Shown here: positions 38,504 to 52,788 of the stretch, one piece after another
Layout of the letters: every line of letters starts with the position of its first letter
Numbering within the stretch: the stretch's first letter is position 1
From: Torpedo marmorata
Taxonomy: Eukaryota
Reading direction: 5' to 3'
Assembly: GCA_977017645.1 (NCBI GenBank)
Contig: OZ360234.1
Coordinates: forward strand, 40,052,001-40,116,000
Length of the DNA: 64,000 nt
Made by a program: the position numbers and the translations under genes
Notes under the pieces: model-generated
What the model saw: only the letters and a program-made list of their open reading frames with translations
Told to the model about the DNA's origin: nothing
Databases searched by the model: none

Positions 38504-39718
38504 CATAAACTCTTGGACAAAACCATGTAGAATGTACAAAGGAACCTTCCTCTTTATTACATCTAAAACATAAACCTGATAATGCCGGATTAAATTTCTT
38601 TAATTTTTTAGGTGTTAAATATAATTGATGAAAAAAATTATATTGAACTAGTCTATATCTAACATTGATAATCTTCGTCATACTTAATTTACATAATTCT
38701 TTCCAATGATTTTCATCTATATTTACATTCAAATCTAATTCCCATTTTAATCTTGATTTATGCAGTCCTACTTTAGGCATTTTCCTCTGAAACAATTTAT
38801 ACATTTGAGAAATAAATTTATTAACATCTCCATTAGTAACTAATAATTCTAATTCATTTTGTCTTGGTAAAATCAAAGCATAACCTAATTTCTCAATCAA
38901 AAAAGCTCTAATTTGATAATAAGCAAAACGTGTATTATCTAATATATTAAATTTATCTTTCATTCTTTGAAACGTAATAAATTTCCAAGCTTCAAAACAA
39001 TCAATAATCTTCTTAATTCCTTTGTGAAACCAAATTTTAAATAATTGATTATTAATAGTAAATGGAATAAGTCCATTTTGATATAAAGGCATCTTTGAAG
39101 AAATCAATCCTTTTCCTCTTATTTCCTTGTCTGTCTTATTCCATATTTCTAACAGATGTTTAAAAATAGGTGAATTTTTCTTTTTTGTTGATATTAATTT
39201 AGAATCCCATTTATAAATAATTTCTTCTTTGGAATCATCACCTATATTATTTAATTCTATTTTAATCCAAGCAGGAAATTTAGTTGAATCAAAAAATTCA
39301 TTAACAAATTTCAATTGAGCTGCTTTATAATAATTTTGAAAATTAGGAAGTTGTAAGCCACCCATTTCATAATTCCAAGTTAATTTTTCCATACCTACTC
39401 TTGCTAACTTTCCTTTCCATAAAAATTTCCTAATAATTGAGTTTAAATCTTTAAAAAATTTTTTTAGGAATTCCATAAGGAATTGATTGAAAAAGATACT
39501 GAATTCTTGGAAAAATAATTTTAATTTCATCTTAATACTAAATTTTCTAATATCTCCAAACAAAAATATCATAGGATCCATTGGAAATGTAATCTTAAAT
39601 ACTTTATCTCAAAAATTTTTAACTTTCAACCAAAAATCATAAACTTTTGGACAAAACCATGTAGAATATACAAAAGACCCTTCCTCTTTATTACATCTAA
39701 AACATAAACCTGATAATG
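38504..39718 (-). mobile_element. Rearranged L1-clade ORF2 fragment
   Basis: ORF 38388-39581 resembles the other L1 copies (GGLQLPNF, RYRLVQYNFFHQLYLTP, CFRC). An ~81-bp direct repeat sits at both ends. Confidence 0.85.
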
Positions 39719-39719
39719 A

Positions 39720-39840
39720 AACATTTGACTAACTGACGCTAAATAAAAACTGTATGTACGTGTTCCGACTTATCTTCAAATTCGACTTAAAGACAGACGT
39801 AGGAACGGATCTCGTTCTTAACCCGGGGACTCCCAATATA
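39720..39840. mobile_element. One end of a Tigger/pogo-like DNA transposon
   Basis: TTCGACTTA repeats and terminal TAACCCGGGGACTCCC resemble Tigger-type ends; partner end not found. Confidence 0.5.
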
Positions 39841-40039
39841 TACAACTATGAGAGGCTTAGATAGTGTGGACAGCCAGCACCCTTTTCCTGTGGTGACAAT
39901 AGCAAATACCAGAGGGCATTGATGAGTGGAGGAAAGTTCAGGGGTGATGTCAGAGGTATATTTGTACTCAAATGGGTGTGAGGTAGGGAAGAATTAGATT
40001 GTTGTGGAACAGGTTTCCATAGGTTGGCATAACATTGAT

Positions 40040-41690
40040 TTTTTTTAACCAAAAATAGACATTTTCAAAATGAAAACCATTCAACGTCTCTTCCCACCAT
40101 TAGTTTTGTATCCATACATTTCCATCACTGTACATTGTTACATTCATTTCTATTTACACCATTACCACCACTGTGGCACCTTGTCATTACTTCTCCCCCC
40201 TCCTATTGTTGTGGGGCTTCCCCTCAGTCTCAGCCCCCCAATGCCCAGTAATGGAAGGACTCTAGACTGTGGTCCTTCCCCACAGCGCCCTTGCATTGGC
40301 TGTGCAAACCTCAGCACATACTCCTGCAGCCTGGAATGTGCCAGTCAGCAGCATTCCCTCACCGACATCGCCGTGTGCTGAAATATCAACAGATTTCGGG
40401 CAGACTAAAGTCCGAAGTGGAGTTGATGGTCTTCCAGCAGTTCTGGGTGTCTGACTCAGTGTGTGTCCCCGGGAACAGCTCGTAAATCAGTCCTCCATCA
40501 TGCTGGGTATGAACCATTACCCTTGCATCCTTCTCCACACTCTGAGTGAATCTGCATTCTGCAAAGAAGTGCGTGAAACTCTCCACTCCACCATAGTAAT
40601 CTTGGAGACAATGTGCATTGTGGGTCATGTTCCAATTGTACAGGAAGGAATCTGACTGCAAGGACTCCTCTCACCACCAGCCAGGCCAAGTCCTGGTGCT
40701 TGTTTGCCAGATGACCTAGACAGTCTGCTCCCAGAAGCACCCCACCGTATCCATCGAGTCCTCATCTCTGCAGATAATTCCATGGTGAATACTGCGTTAT
40801 AGCCTTGTGGTCAAAGGAAAAAAAAAACGTTTCCATGAAGAACATGTGGTGTGGCAAAGTCCAGCTGTCTGGGACATTGCGTGGCACCGGGGCCAGGCCC
40901 ATCCTTCGCAACAACTGAGACAGGTAGAAGCTCAATACATAGCAGCACTTGGTGCCCTTGTACTTTGGTTCCATGCACAACCTGATGCAGCCACATACGA
41001 AGGTGTCATCAGGTTGAGGGCTACGTTGGGTATGCCCTTTCCCCATTATCTGGTGACTTGTACATGGCGCCCTTTGGACCCTTTCCATCTTGGATCCCTA
41101 TATGAACCAGAAGACTGCTCTGGTGACCACCAGGGATGAGGTGTGGGGAAAGGGCCCCATATGTGTCAGGTACAGCAGTGTCTGCCTTACGGTAGACAAA
41201 AAAATTAAAGAATTTCATGTATGTTGCATTCTAAATGTAATATTACATGACAATAATGGAACCTTTAACTTTACCGAGAGCACCTCGCACCTAATGACCA
41301 GGTTCTTCCCTGTTATTGAGAGGGAACGCCGCGCCTACAGACCCAATTGCTCGTGGACCTTTGCGATCCGTTCCGACTAATTTTGTTGAGTGCCTCAGCC
41401 CCTCAAAACCAGATCTCCAACACCTTCAGGTAGTTAGATCTGACTGTGAAGGGGATGGTGGACCTGTCAGACCAGTTACCGAAGAGCATTGCCTCGCTCT
41501 TCTTCCGGTTTACCCTGGCGCCTGATACAGACTCAAAGTGGCCGCAGATGCTGATCAGTCTGTGGACTGATCATGAGTCTGAACAGATGACAGTGATGTC
41601 GTCACTGTGCAGGGAGGCCATGATCTGAGTGCCTCCGCTGCCTGGTAACATTGCTCCTCTTATGCCCTCGTCCTTCCTGATGGATTCAGC
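40040..41690 (-). mobile_element. Tx1-type L1-clade ORF2 3' fragment, decayed
   Basis: Minus-strand remnants FVCGCIRLC..P...GTKCCYVLSFYLS, HQDLAWLVVRGVL, ES.THFFAEC, QNCWKTINS; heavily frameshifted. Confidence 0.65.
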
Positions 41691-42399
41691 AAAGGGCTTT
41701 ATGCAGCACACAAATAACACTGGAGAGTGCGCTGTAGGACCTGTATCATGTTGTAATGCTCTATGTTCTTTGTAAATGGAAGCCCAGTTCCATTTTTTTT
41801 ATCACGCACTTGCAATGTCATTCAATGTTTATTCCTCTGGAATTATTCATTTTGTATTTCATTCTTTGAGAATTTTGTAAACTACTGTTATAATTAGTTT
41901 AAAATCCTGTATTTTGTTTAGCATGATAAGTCTATGATAAGATGAGGTAACATCAGGTATTTACTTCTCAGCTTAGCTTGAATATGGCCCTTAATTTTGG
42001 ATTAAAAGATCAAAGGGTAAAGAGTGAACATAATTGAATTTTCGATTCTTTTAACTCTACCAATTTTCAAGTAATGTGAATTTGAGCTCATGTTTACCAG
42101 AGGGTGGGTTGTTAGAAAATGAAGGATCCTGAAATGAACGGTATTTTTTGGGAAGAGACAAGCGGAGGGGTTTCTATCATCAAAAGTATTTTTTTCATAA
42201 TTTAGAGATGTTTCAATGCTCCAAATCTACCTCAAACTCCCAATTTCCTCTCAGCTGCTTTGGTTTCTGGTCATTCGGTACCTCTCCATTAAATCACACA
42301 CGGAACTGGTTCCCCAGCAGAAACCTCAGCAAACCAACTCCAAGATGACTGGTGAGACATTGAGCAACACAATGTCTCCTGTTCCTCAATTCCACCAAA

Positions 42400-43589
42400 A
42401 TGATTTGATCAAACCGCTCCACAGATGATGCCATCATTACCACCCTCCATCTTGCCCTCACCCACCTGGAAAATAACGACGCGTATGTTCGAATGCTGTT
42501 TATTGACTTCAGCTCGGCATTCAACACGATCATACCTCAGTACCTGATAGTGAAGTTGAGGGGGCTGGGCCTAATCTACACCCTCTGTAATTGGATCCTA
42601 GACTTCCTGACGGGAAGACCTCAGGCAGACCGGATTGGAAACAGCACTTCTAAGGTCATTACATTGAGCACGGGGGCTCCCCAGGGCTGTGTGCTTAGTC
42701 CATTTCTGTTCAGCCTGCTGACTCATGACTGTGCAGCAAAACACAGCTCAAATCACATCATAAAGTTTGCTGATGATACAATCGTGGTGGGTCTTATCAG
42801 TAAGAGCGATGAGTCAGCATACAGAGATGAGGTGCAGTCGCTAATGGAATGGTGCGGAACCAACAACCTGCATCTGAATGTAAACAAAACAAAAGAGTTG
42901 GTTGTCGACTTTAGAAGGGCCCGGGGGGATCATTCTCCTTTGACCATGGACGTCTCTACCGTTGAGGTCGTAAAGAGTACCAAGTTTCTTGGAGTGCACT
43001 TGGCGGAGAGTCTCAGCTGGTCCCTAAACACCAGTTCCATAGTCAAGAAAGCCCAGCAGCGTCTTTACTTCCTGCAAAGGCTGAGGAAAGTTCATCTTCC
43101 ACCCTCTATCCTTACTACATTCTACAGGGGATGCATTGAGAGTATTCTGAGCAATTGCATCACCGCTTGGTTTGGTAACTGTACCACCTCGGACCGAAAG
43201 ACCCTGCAGAGGATAGTGAGGGCAGCGGAGAAAATTATTGGAGTCTCTCTCCCCACCATGACAGACATCTACAACACACGATGCATGAGGAAGGCTAATA
43301 ACATTGTGAAGGACTTCTCACACCCCTTTGGTAAACTGTTTCCCCTTTTGCCATCTGGAAGGAGGTACCGAAGCACTCGGGCTCATACGTCCAGATTGTG
43401 CAACAGTTTTTTCCCCCAAGCCATCAGGCTCCTCAATTCCTAGATATATATGTGTATTAGCATGTTATAGTTTTTTTTCTATTGTATTATGATATTTATG
43501 TACATCTGCCCATGGTCCTAGAGAAACGTTATCTTGTCTTACTGTGTATATGGTAATGAACGACAAATAAAGGTGACTTGACTTGACTT
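42400..43589 (+). mobile_element. Rex1/Babar LINE, 5'-truncated, intact 316-aa RT C-terminal ORF (42493-43443)
   Basis: [55 protein letters not shown]; tail (GACTT)n. Confidence 0.92.
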
Positions 43590-44490
43590 GTACCCCCAGG
43601 TTGAACCAGCTGTCAAAAAGATCAAGGATGAACACAAAATGGTGGAAACACCCAACGGTCAGGCGACACTTGAGGAAAGAGAAGGAAAACCAATGGTCAA
43701 AGCTCTGACCATTCTCTTTCCTGATGCTGCCTGGTCTGCTGAGTGTTTTCTATCAGATTTCCAGCTTCAACTGTGTAAATTTTATTTTCAAATTTCAAGT
43801 TCTTGATCATTTATTGTTCAAGCACTTTATAATTATAAATAAAATAAATTATTATCCCAGAGCACACCTCCTCTCATCGTTTGGTTACAAACAATTGATA
43901 AGAAGGTCCAATGTTATATGCTCATCTCTGGTTCTGATATAATTGATCCTCCTCTCTGCCCACACATTCAGAGTTTTGTATTTGGTCCCTCAGCTTTTTG
44001 CCTACCATGGTGAGAGTGTATGGTCCGTCCCGATACCTATTGTCTGCGTTTGGGCTGAGTGATCCTGGTGGATTAAATCTAGTCAGTACTCACAGACCAG
44101 CATAAATCTGAACTCTTCAAACATTTATTGTAACAATCTCTACAACAAATATAAAGTAAAATGCGGCAAATAATATAATATAAAAATATTGCAAACAACT
44201 GGAAAAGGATAATATGAAGTAAGTACTGTAAATGTGAATGTGGCTGAGGTTCCTCTATCACATCTGTCTCTTTTAAAATGTAAAGAAATCTCACCTCACA
44301 ACTCAAATCTCAAAAGAGAAAGCAGATGTATAATTTGTGTCCATGACTAAGTCTTGTATGTGAGAAAATGGATTTTCTGCAGCTTCAAGCTTGTGTGATA
44401 TGCAAATAACTTTACAAAGGACCTGCAATTTCTCATGGCAAAATGGAACAGAATTTTTGGCTGCTTGTAACAACTGTCGGGTTGAAAATC

Positions 44491-45343
44491 TGATAGTATG
44501 ACCAATACTATTAATGTAAGATATAGATTAGTACAGTGTAATTTTTTACATCAACTATATCTTACACCACAGAAAGTGAATAAGATAAAATCTACATTAT
44601 CAAATAAGTGTTTTAGATGTGGTGAAGAGGTGGGAACCTTTCTACATTCAACATGGTTATGCCCTAAAGTAAAATGTTTTTGGACAGAGTTAGGGAACCG
44701 GTTAAAACAAATTACAGGTGTTACATAGAACGAGACCAAAGTTGAGGTTATCTACATATCAATTGAAATTTGTAAAAATTGCTTTAGCAGTAGCAAGGAA
44801 GTGTATAGCAGTAACTTGGAAATCAGATACAAATTTAGGCATGGATAGATGGAATATAGAGATGCGGAGCTGTATTCCATTGGAAAATATAACATATAAC
44901 ATGAGAAACAAATATGGGATATTTTTGCAAATTTGGCGTCCATATATCCAATCATTAGGTATGAATATTTAAATGTGTTGCTCTACATCCTAGACCCTGT
45001 TGACTCTCTCAAAGTTAAAGAAGAAATATTGTTGAATGCCACGCGTCGAATCGTGGACCCAGCAGCGATCCGTGCAGATGGGTTTTTTTTGGTTTTTTTT
45101 AATAAGTAATACCAATGCCTTCCTTTCCTTTCTTTTCTTTTAGTTTTTAGTAAGGGGAGGGAATTAAAGGGAGGGGAAGGGTGGAGGGTGGGGTAGAAAC
45201 ATTATAGAGGGTGGGTTAAGGGATGGGTTAGATACACTGTAATACAAATTATGTTTTTTTATTTACTGGAATTAATAATGTATATTACGTATGTTGTACT
45301 ACTGTGAGAAAATTCAAAATTTAAAATAAAATATTTAAAAAAA
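44491..45343 (+). mobile_element. L1-clade 3' end (subfamily distinct from the other copies)
   Basis: INVRYRLVQCNFLHQLYLTP, CFRCGEEVGTFLH; TSD GAAAATC at 44484-44490 and 45344-45350; G-rich 3' UTR. Confidence 0.85.
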
Positions 45344-45679
45344 GAAAATCCCAGTGTGAAACAGTCTGATAACTGAAGAATTAGAGGGAAAGTGAAAATG
45401 GTTGTAGAGAGGACAAAGACAGCATATGAGAAAAGACTAGTTGCTAATGTAAATTTGAAGCAAAAACTGTTTAAAAGGCATTAAAATGTTACAAGGAGGA
45501 TTGGGGCCATCAAGGACATGAATGTGAACTTGCATGTGGGTGCCGAAGGCAGTAAAATAGTACTTTACATTGATATTCATCAAGGAAAAGAGTGCTTCCA
45601 AAGTAGAAAAAAGATGATAATGAACATATTAGATATGTTAAAATAGATATCATGGAGTTATTACAGAAGTTGGTCAGCG

Positions 45680-46045
45680 AGTGAAACACGAAAGTCTGCA
45701 GACACACAGAAATTCTGGAGAAACTTAGGCTGTCTCGCAGCATCCATAGGAGGTAAAGATATATTACCGACATTTTGGGCCTGAGCCCTTCTTCAAGGAA
45801 TAAGCAAAGAACAGGAAGGCTAAAGAGACTGAAGACTGGCCGGGGGAGGAGTCCAGACCAACAAAAGGTGTTAATTGGATGTGATAAGAGGAAAGGTGAG
45901 AAATGATTTTGGCTCTGTGAAAGAAGACAGAGGGAAAAGAGAGAGAGAGAGAGAGATGGGTGAAAGTCCACGGGGGAAGAAGGGGGGGGGGAGGGTTAAC
46001 AGAAACCGGAGAAGTTGATGTTCATGCCATCTGGTTACCAGGAAT
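45680..46045 (-). mobile_element. Penelope-like pseudo-LTR fragment inserted in old CR1 remnants (45360-46730)
   Basis: Same terminus as 18190-18465, including the hammerhead-like motif at 45768-45797. Confidence 0.75.
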
Positions 46046-47989
46046 GGATGGGATGCAGCAAGCACTGGAGAAAATTAAATGGCAATATTTATAATCTTTC
46101 AGGGCTCTGTGGATATAGAAGTGCTGCTAAAAGACTGGAGGATAGCAATTTGTACTTCCTGTTGAGGAAATGTGTAAAGATCAACTACATAATTCTAGAC
46201 CAATTAGTTTGATGTCAGTGATGGACAGGTGTTAGAAACAACATTCCAGGGTGGATTAGTCATCATTTCGAGGAAAACTAAACAATTAAGGCTAACCAGT
46301 AAACATGTTTTCAGAGCAAATCATGTTTCATCATGTTGATGGACTCTGTTTGATGAGGTAGTGAATAGAATTGATAAGTGTACTGCAATCAATGTGGTGA
46401 TCAAGTTCAAGTTTATTTATCATACAATTGTACAAGTACAACCTGACAAAACAGCGTTCTCCGGTCCTCGGTGCAAAACACTGCAAACACACATACAGAC
46501 AAATGATACATATGCACAGAACATATCTACAACCATTAAAATACATAGTGCACATTGATAAGGCTTTTGATAAGGTGACTCACATCAGTAACTTGAAGCA
46601 CATGGCTAAAAGGGACATTGATAATGTGAAAATAAAGTTGGCAAAGTGGCAGACATCAAATTGCCATGTTGAATGGTGTTTTTTTCCAATGAGAGGAAGC
46701 AATCTAGTGATGTTCTCCAAGGATCAGTGATGTGGGAGGAAATTAAGGGGAACCTATGTGGTCACAGGGAGAACGTGCAGGCTCCACACAGACAGCACTG
46801 AGGTCTGAATTGAACTGGAGCTGTGAGGCAGTGGCTCCAGTTGCTGTGCCACTCTTTCACAGTTCATGTCTTTGCCTTGGCTGAAGTATGCCAGGGCTTC
46901 CTTTTGATTGGCTAACTCAAAGAGTCATGGAGTGACAGAGCATGCAAACAGGCCCTTCGGCCCACTGTCCATGCTGACCATCTACTACCAGTTTACACCA
47001 ATCCTACATACAACCTTTCCTTTTATTAATTCTTAAGTTTTCAGAGGAACAAAATCATGAATGGGAGTGTACATAATCAATCAGACACTGCTGTAAGAAC
47101 TCTCAATGGTTGGGACTTAATTGAGACCTCACAAGAGATAACATCAGCAGGATGATCAACATTTGGTCTTTATTCATGGTGGGAAAAATCAGTTGATTGC
47201 TGCAGTACCACATAAATTTGCTCTTGCACTTTCACAAAACTACAATTTCTTCCCGTTTAAAAGAATTCATGAGATGTGATTGCGTTCATGGTTATTCTAC
47301 TCAAACTACTCAGGACAATGCAATCAATTTTCAACCAGCCAGGAGTAAAATTGGTGATGCATATCTGCCATCCTTTACAAAACCCTTTGATTTTCACTTT
47401 CACTAAAATCAATAGAAATTATATTCAGACTGCTTTGAGCATGGAATATAGCGAGTGTGCAACATCACTATTGTACCTGGGTAAGAGTCATAAAATGTAG
47501 CCTGGAGGGCAGAGAATAATGTTATTATGTACTACAATGGCATTCAAAGCAGAACAGGTGTTTAAGCCATTAAAGTCTACAGTGATCATAACATTATGTT
47601 CAGTGGTCATGACATTATGCTGTTATAAATCCTGTACAAGTATACACATCAGGGAAACAGTGCTGAATGAGCATTGATTAAACATCATCATAAATATTTT
47701 AGCATGCTGACATGAAATATTTGTTTGCAGAGTATGGATCAACTCTAGTTACCTACATGTGGTTCGAAGTAAAGGATGTTTACTGTACAGAGACTTGTAC
47801 CTGTTGAATATTGAATCCGTGCACAGTTGTCATGCTATGCTAGCATGTCTGCTTTGGTTCCAGGAATCTTGGCACTGCTGTTCAAAAGAAAGTACAACGA
47901 TGAAGCAAGACAGCAGGATCATTTCTTGTGGTCTATTAATGGATACTGGATGCTTCCTGGTTCATTTCCTCGTGATAAATATTTTCAGC

Positions 47990-49417
47990 AATTCACTTGA
48001 TGGAAAACAATTTTCTGACCTTCTTGATAACCTGCTGCCATATCATCTCTTCATGTTCTCAAGTTTCAATTTGGCTACCTCCAAGTCTAATTACTTTTGT
48101 TCCAATTCCCTGTCTAATTTCTTTTGTTCCAATTCCAATTTCTTTAATTACAATTCCCTGTCTAATCTCTTTTGTTCCAACTGTATGTTTTCAGAAAGTT
48201 TACCCTTGGGAAACTGCTCTAACATGCTCTCCTCAAACTTTTTTCCTTTTATATAGTATTTGGTAATTTTTCTCCCAATCTCCGCCTTTTTCATTGATGG
48301 TTTTACAGAAACAATGCCCAACTCTGTTGCTATAGCCACTAACTGTTCCTTTTTTGCCTTTTTTAAAGTATCAAGTTCAGGTGATTCCAAAAAAATTTCT
48401 ACATCCATTGTTGCTGGTTTTTTTTGTTACACACACACTAGCTTATAATTAGCTTTACAAAAGGAATGTCTTAAACCAGACTGGGATTCCTTCAATTACC
48501 AAGATGGATCTTGATTCAAATCCTAGGACGAGCCCCCAATTTGTTACAAATTCAAGCCAGCAACGACAGAAGACGCCAAAAGGGGTAAAATTGAAATTTA
48601 TATTTATTAAAGACAATTAAACATTTAATTTCACAACAATTAACCCCACTATAAACGTCTATAAACACTATTCTTATCTAAAGAGAGAGAGAGTGTGTGT
48701 GTGTGTGTAAAGCCCAGACCATTACAGTCTGTGCCCAACCCTCATGTAAAAATGGAAAACATTCCCCAAAACCCCAGGTCAGTCATAAAAATAAGTCAGT
48801 CCCAAAAATACAGTCCACAAAAATTCACCCTCTATGTTCAGGGTCCAAATTCAGCTCTGTGTGCTGGCAAGAAGGACTTCTTAATGAACTTTGGAGAGAG
48901 AGACAATGACTGTTTAAGCTTACGAATGCTTGGCCTGCTTTTCTTCTCTGATGACTTTCCCTTTTGGTAGATACACGAGGATTGCGATTCCAAATCGGTT
49001 TTGGATTGAGGCGTGTACTTGGATCTCACAGCCGGTCTCGCTGATCTCACGCCTTTTCTCCACAAAAGTTGTTTTAACTCAGGATTTTGCTGATACAGGA
49101 GGCCACGTGCTATTTTCCCAGCCTTTTCCCCTGGGATGCACAAGCCTGGATTTTGCTGTGTTCTCCAGCCTTTGCAACTCCAAACAACAACTGAATCTGA
49201 ATGCTTTTTGCAGAGGTTTGCACCTGCTTTTGCAAAAGTGCAACAAAGTATCTTTTCCACAGCCTGTCTCTCTCTGGTGTCTCTCTCTCTCTCTCTGAGT
49301 ACAGCAAGTCCTGGGCAAGTTAACTCTTTCAGTACCAGGTCCCAGTGTGTACTCCAAAAGACTTCATCCTTCCTGCTGACCGTCCGCAGTCCAAATGGTC
49401 ATTCATGGTCCATAACA
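47990..49417 (-). mobile_element. Gypsy-type element 5' end: LTR (49417-48542), tRNA-Pro PBS, gag N-terminus
   Basis: LTR of family A; PBS TGGGGGCTCGTCC at 48538-48526; ORF 48408-48148 MDVEIFLESPELDTLKKAKKEQLVAIA followed by coiled-coil repeats; truncated downstream. Confidence 0.85.
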
Positions 49418-49621
49418 ATAGACATATGTGAGCTATTGAGTGATTGAAGTTGAGAAATGAGCCAGTCATGCACATCTTTTCAATCTGGTTCATTATCCCT
49501 GTGGCAGTGGTCAGCATCTCTCTTATCTCTCTCTGGCATTGGGAAATATCATTAGACAGACACTGTTTGAATGATCAAAAGGGAAGAATCAGTAATTGTT
49601 TTTGGATCAAGAAATGAAAAG

Positions 49622-52600
49622 TAAGACTTTAATTGTTGTTTAAATGCGAGCATGGATAGGACTACTAGAACACTTGCTAGACCTAAAATAGTTAAAAGAA
49701 TTATTAATTTAATGGAAGATTTGAATCTGGTAGATATTTGGAGGAAATTAAACCCTAGAGAAAAAGATTATTCATTTTATTCTTTTAGACATAATTCATT
49801 TTCTAGGATTGATTTGTTTTTGATATCTTCACAAATTCAAGATAGAGTAACTCAAATATCTTAAAGCAAGAATAATTTCAGACCATTCACCTTTATTGAT
49901 GACGTGTATAATTCCAGAGAAAGAAAAAACTGTATATAATTGGAGATTTGATTCTTCTTTATTGAAAAGGAAAGATTTTTGTGAATATATGAGAAAAGAA
50001 ATCCAGGAATTTTTAAGAATAAATAATAATTCGATTAATGATAAATTTATAATTTGGGAATCTTTAAAAGCTTACTTAAGAGGTTTGATAATAAGTTTTT
50101 CGGCAAAAATTAGAAAAGATTATTTGAAAGAAGAAGGAAAATTGGAAAGGGAGATTGAATTTATGGAGAAAGATTTTCAAAAAAATAAAACCATTTTTAG
50201 GAGGCAACGTTTAATTAGGAAGAAACTGCATTATAATATATTACAAACTCGAAAAATAGAAAAATTAATTGACAGAACGAAACAAAGATATTATGAATTA
50301 GGAGAAAGAGCACATAAAGTTTTAGCATGGCAATTAAAAAAAGAACAAGTTTCTAAAACTATAAACGCTATAAAAAAAAGTACTGGTGAAATAACTTATA
50401 AACCTCAGAAAATAAATGAATCTTTTAGAGAATATTATCAGAATTTATATACCTCTCAGATTGATCATGTTGATACAAAAATTAATAGATTTTTATCCAA
50501 AATTACATTACCTAGACTAAATAATTTTAACAGAGATATGTTAGATTTACCTATTACATTGAGAGAAGTAGTTGAAGCTTTATCGACATTGAAAAGTGGT
50601 AAATCTCCTGGTGATGATGGATTTCCGATAGAATTTTATAAAGAGTTTAAAGATTTATTGATACCTATATATATGGAAGTATTGAGTCAAATTAAGGAAA
50701 CTCATTTATTACCGAAAACTTTTTTGAATGCTATTATTACAGTTATACCAAAGAAAGATAGAGATGTATTAAAAACTGAGTCATACAGACCTATATCATT
50801 GTTGAATGTAGATTATAAAATAATGGCAAAAATGTTGACAGACAAATTAGCTAAGTATTTACCGATTTTAATACATTCAGATCAAGCAGGATTTATTAAA
50901 AATAGATATTCGAAAGATAATATAGCAAGATTAATAAGTTTAATTAATTTGCAAAAAAGGAAACAAGATTTGCCGTTGGTGATAACATTAGACGCGGAAA
51001 AAGCATTTGATAGATTAGAATGGAATTTTTTATTTAAGGTCTTAGAGAAATATGGATTTGGGAATACTTTTATAAATTGGATTAAAACTATATATAAAGA
51101 ACCTACAGCTAGAGTAATTACAAATGGTCAAATATCATCTAAATTCCCCCTGATGAGGTCAACAAGACAAGGGTGTCCTTTATCACCTGCTTTATTTGTA
51201 TTGGCAATAGAACCGTTGGCTGAAATGGTTAGGAAAGATATTAATATAAATGGGATTAAAGTAGGTACAGAAGAGCATAAAATTAGTTTATTTGCAGATG
51301 ATGTATTAATATATATGACGAAATCTATTGTATCACTTCAACAATTAGCTAAGATATTGAGGGAGTATGGTGAGATATCTGGTTATAAAATAAATTCGGA
51401 TAAGAGTGAGATAATGGCTTTATCTCAAGGAGATTATACTAAATGTAAAGAAGTTACAGGATTTAAATGGGCTAAAGAAGGAATTAAATATTTGGGAGTT
51501 AAAGTAGATACAAAATTGGAAAATTTATATAAATTAAATTATATACCTTTATTTCAGAAAATAAAGAAAGATTTGGACAATTGGAAAGATTTACCTATAA
51601 CTTTAATGGGAAGAGTAAATTGTATTAAAATGAATATTTTTCCAAGAGTTCAATACCTTTTTTCAATCTATTCCTTTTGGAATTCCTCAAATTTTTTTTA
51701 AAGATTTAAAAATTATTATTAGAAAATTTTTATGGAAGGGAAAATTAGCGAGCGTAAGTATGGATAAATTAACTTGGAATTATGAGATGGGTGGATTACA
51801 ACTCCCCAATTTTACACATTATTATAAGGCAGCTCAATTGAAGTTTATTAATGAATTTTTTGATTTAACTAAATCTACTGCTTGGATTAATATAGAATTA
51901 AATAATATAGGGGAGAGATATTAAGAAGATATTATTTATAAATGGAATTCTAAATTATTATTAGTTAAAAAGAAAAATTCACCGATTATTAAACATTTGT
52001 TGGAAATTTGGACACAGTTAGACAATGAGATAGGACGAAAAGGGTTATTATCTCCAAATACGCCATTGTATCAGAATTTACTATTACCTTTTTCTATTGA
52101 TAATCAATTTTTAAAAATATGGTTTCAAAAAGGAATTAAGAAGATTAAAGATTGTTTTGAAGGATTTTTGGTCTAAGGTTAAAGATTTTTTGGATAGAAT
52201 TTTTAATATTACGGTTCCAATGGATCCTATGTTATTTTTATTTGGAGATATTAAAAAATTTAGTATTAGAAATAGATTAAATATGTATCAAATAGAATTT
52301 TTGCGAATTGTTTTAGCAGTTTCAAAAAAATGTATTGCTATTACTTGGAAATCAGATTTAGATTTGAATTTAGATAGATTACATGCAGAATTACGTTCAT
52401 GTATACCATTGGAAAAGATTACATATAATTTACGTAATAAATATCATTTCTTTTTGAAAATTTGGAGCCCATATATGAGAATTATGGGTATGAATTAATT
52501 CTCTAGAAGTCGGCCCCACTGGCGAAATTAACCTCCAATATATAAATACAATTAGCTTGTAATTTGTTTTCTCCTCACTTTAATTCTTCAATTCTTTATT

Positions 52601-52788
52601 ATTCAACATTTATCTTTTTTTTTATATAATCTTTTTTTTTCTTTTTTTAGAGTAGCGGTGGGGGATTGGGGAGGGGAGGGTGGGAGGGGGGGAGGAAATA
52701 TATCACATGTACTTGGAATGATATATTATTTTTGATCTATGTATTTTGTGATTTAAAAAATTTAAATAAAATTATATAAAAAAAAAAA
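49622..52788 (+). mobile_element. L1-clade LINE ORF2 (partial APE endonuclease, RT) with poly(A)
   Basis: DIWR..NP..KDYSF.S...SRIDLF, SDHSP, KSPG.DGFP.EFY, YRPISLLNVDYK, LDAEKAFD, RQGCPLSP, LFADD. Poly(A) then TSD AAGAAATGAAAAG (49609-49621 and 52789-52801). About 0.5 kb deleted internally near 52160. Confidence 0.93.

Noticed and set aside
47759-48256. 165-aa plus-strand ORF as a host exon
   Set aside because: Largely antisense to the Gypsy gag coiled-coil repeats; no recognisable domain.
49896-51701. 601-aa ORF as an active L1 ORF2
   Set aside because: 5'-truncated endonuclease with an upstream stop, frameshift near 51660 and an internal deletion near 52160.
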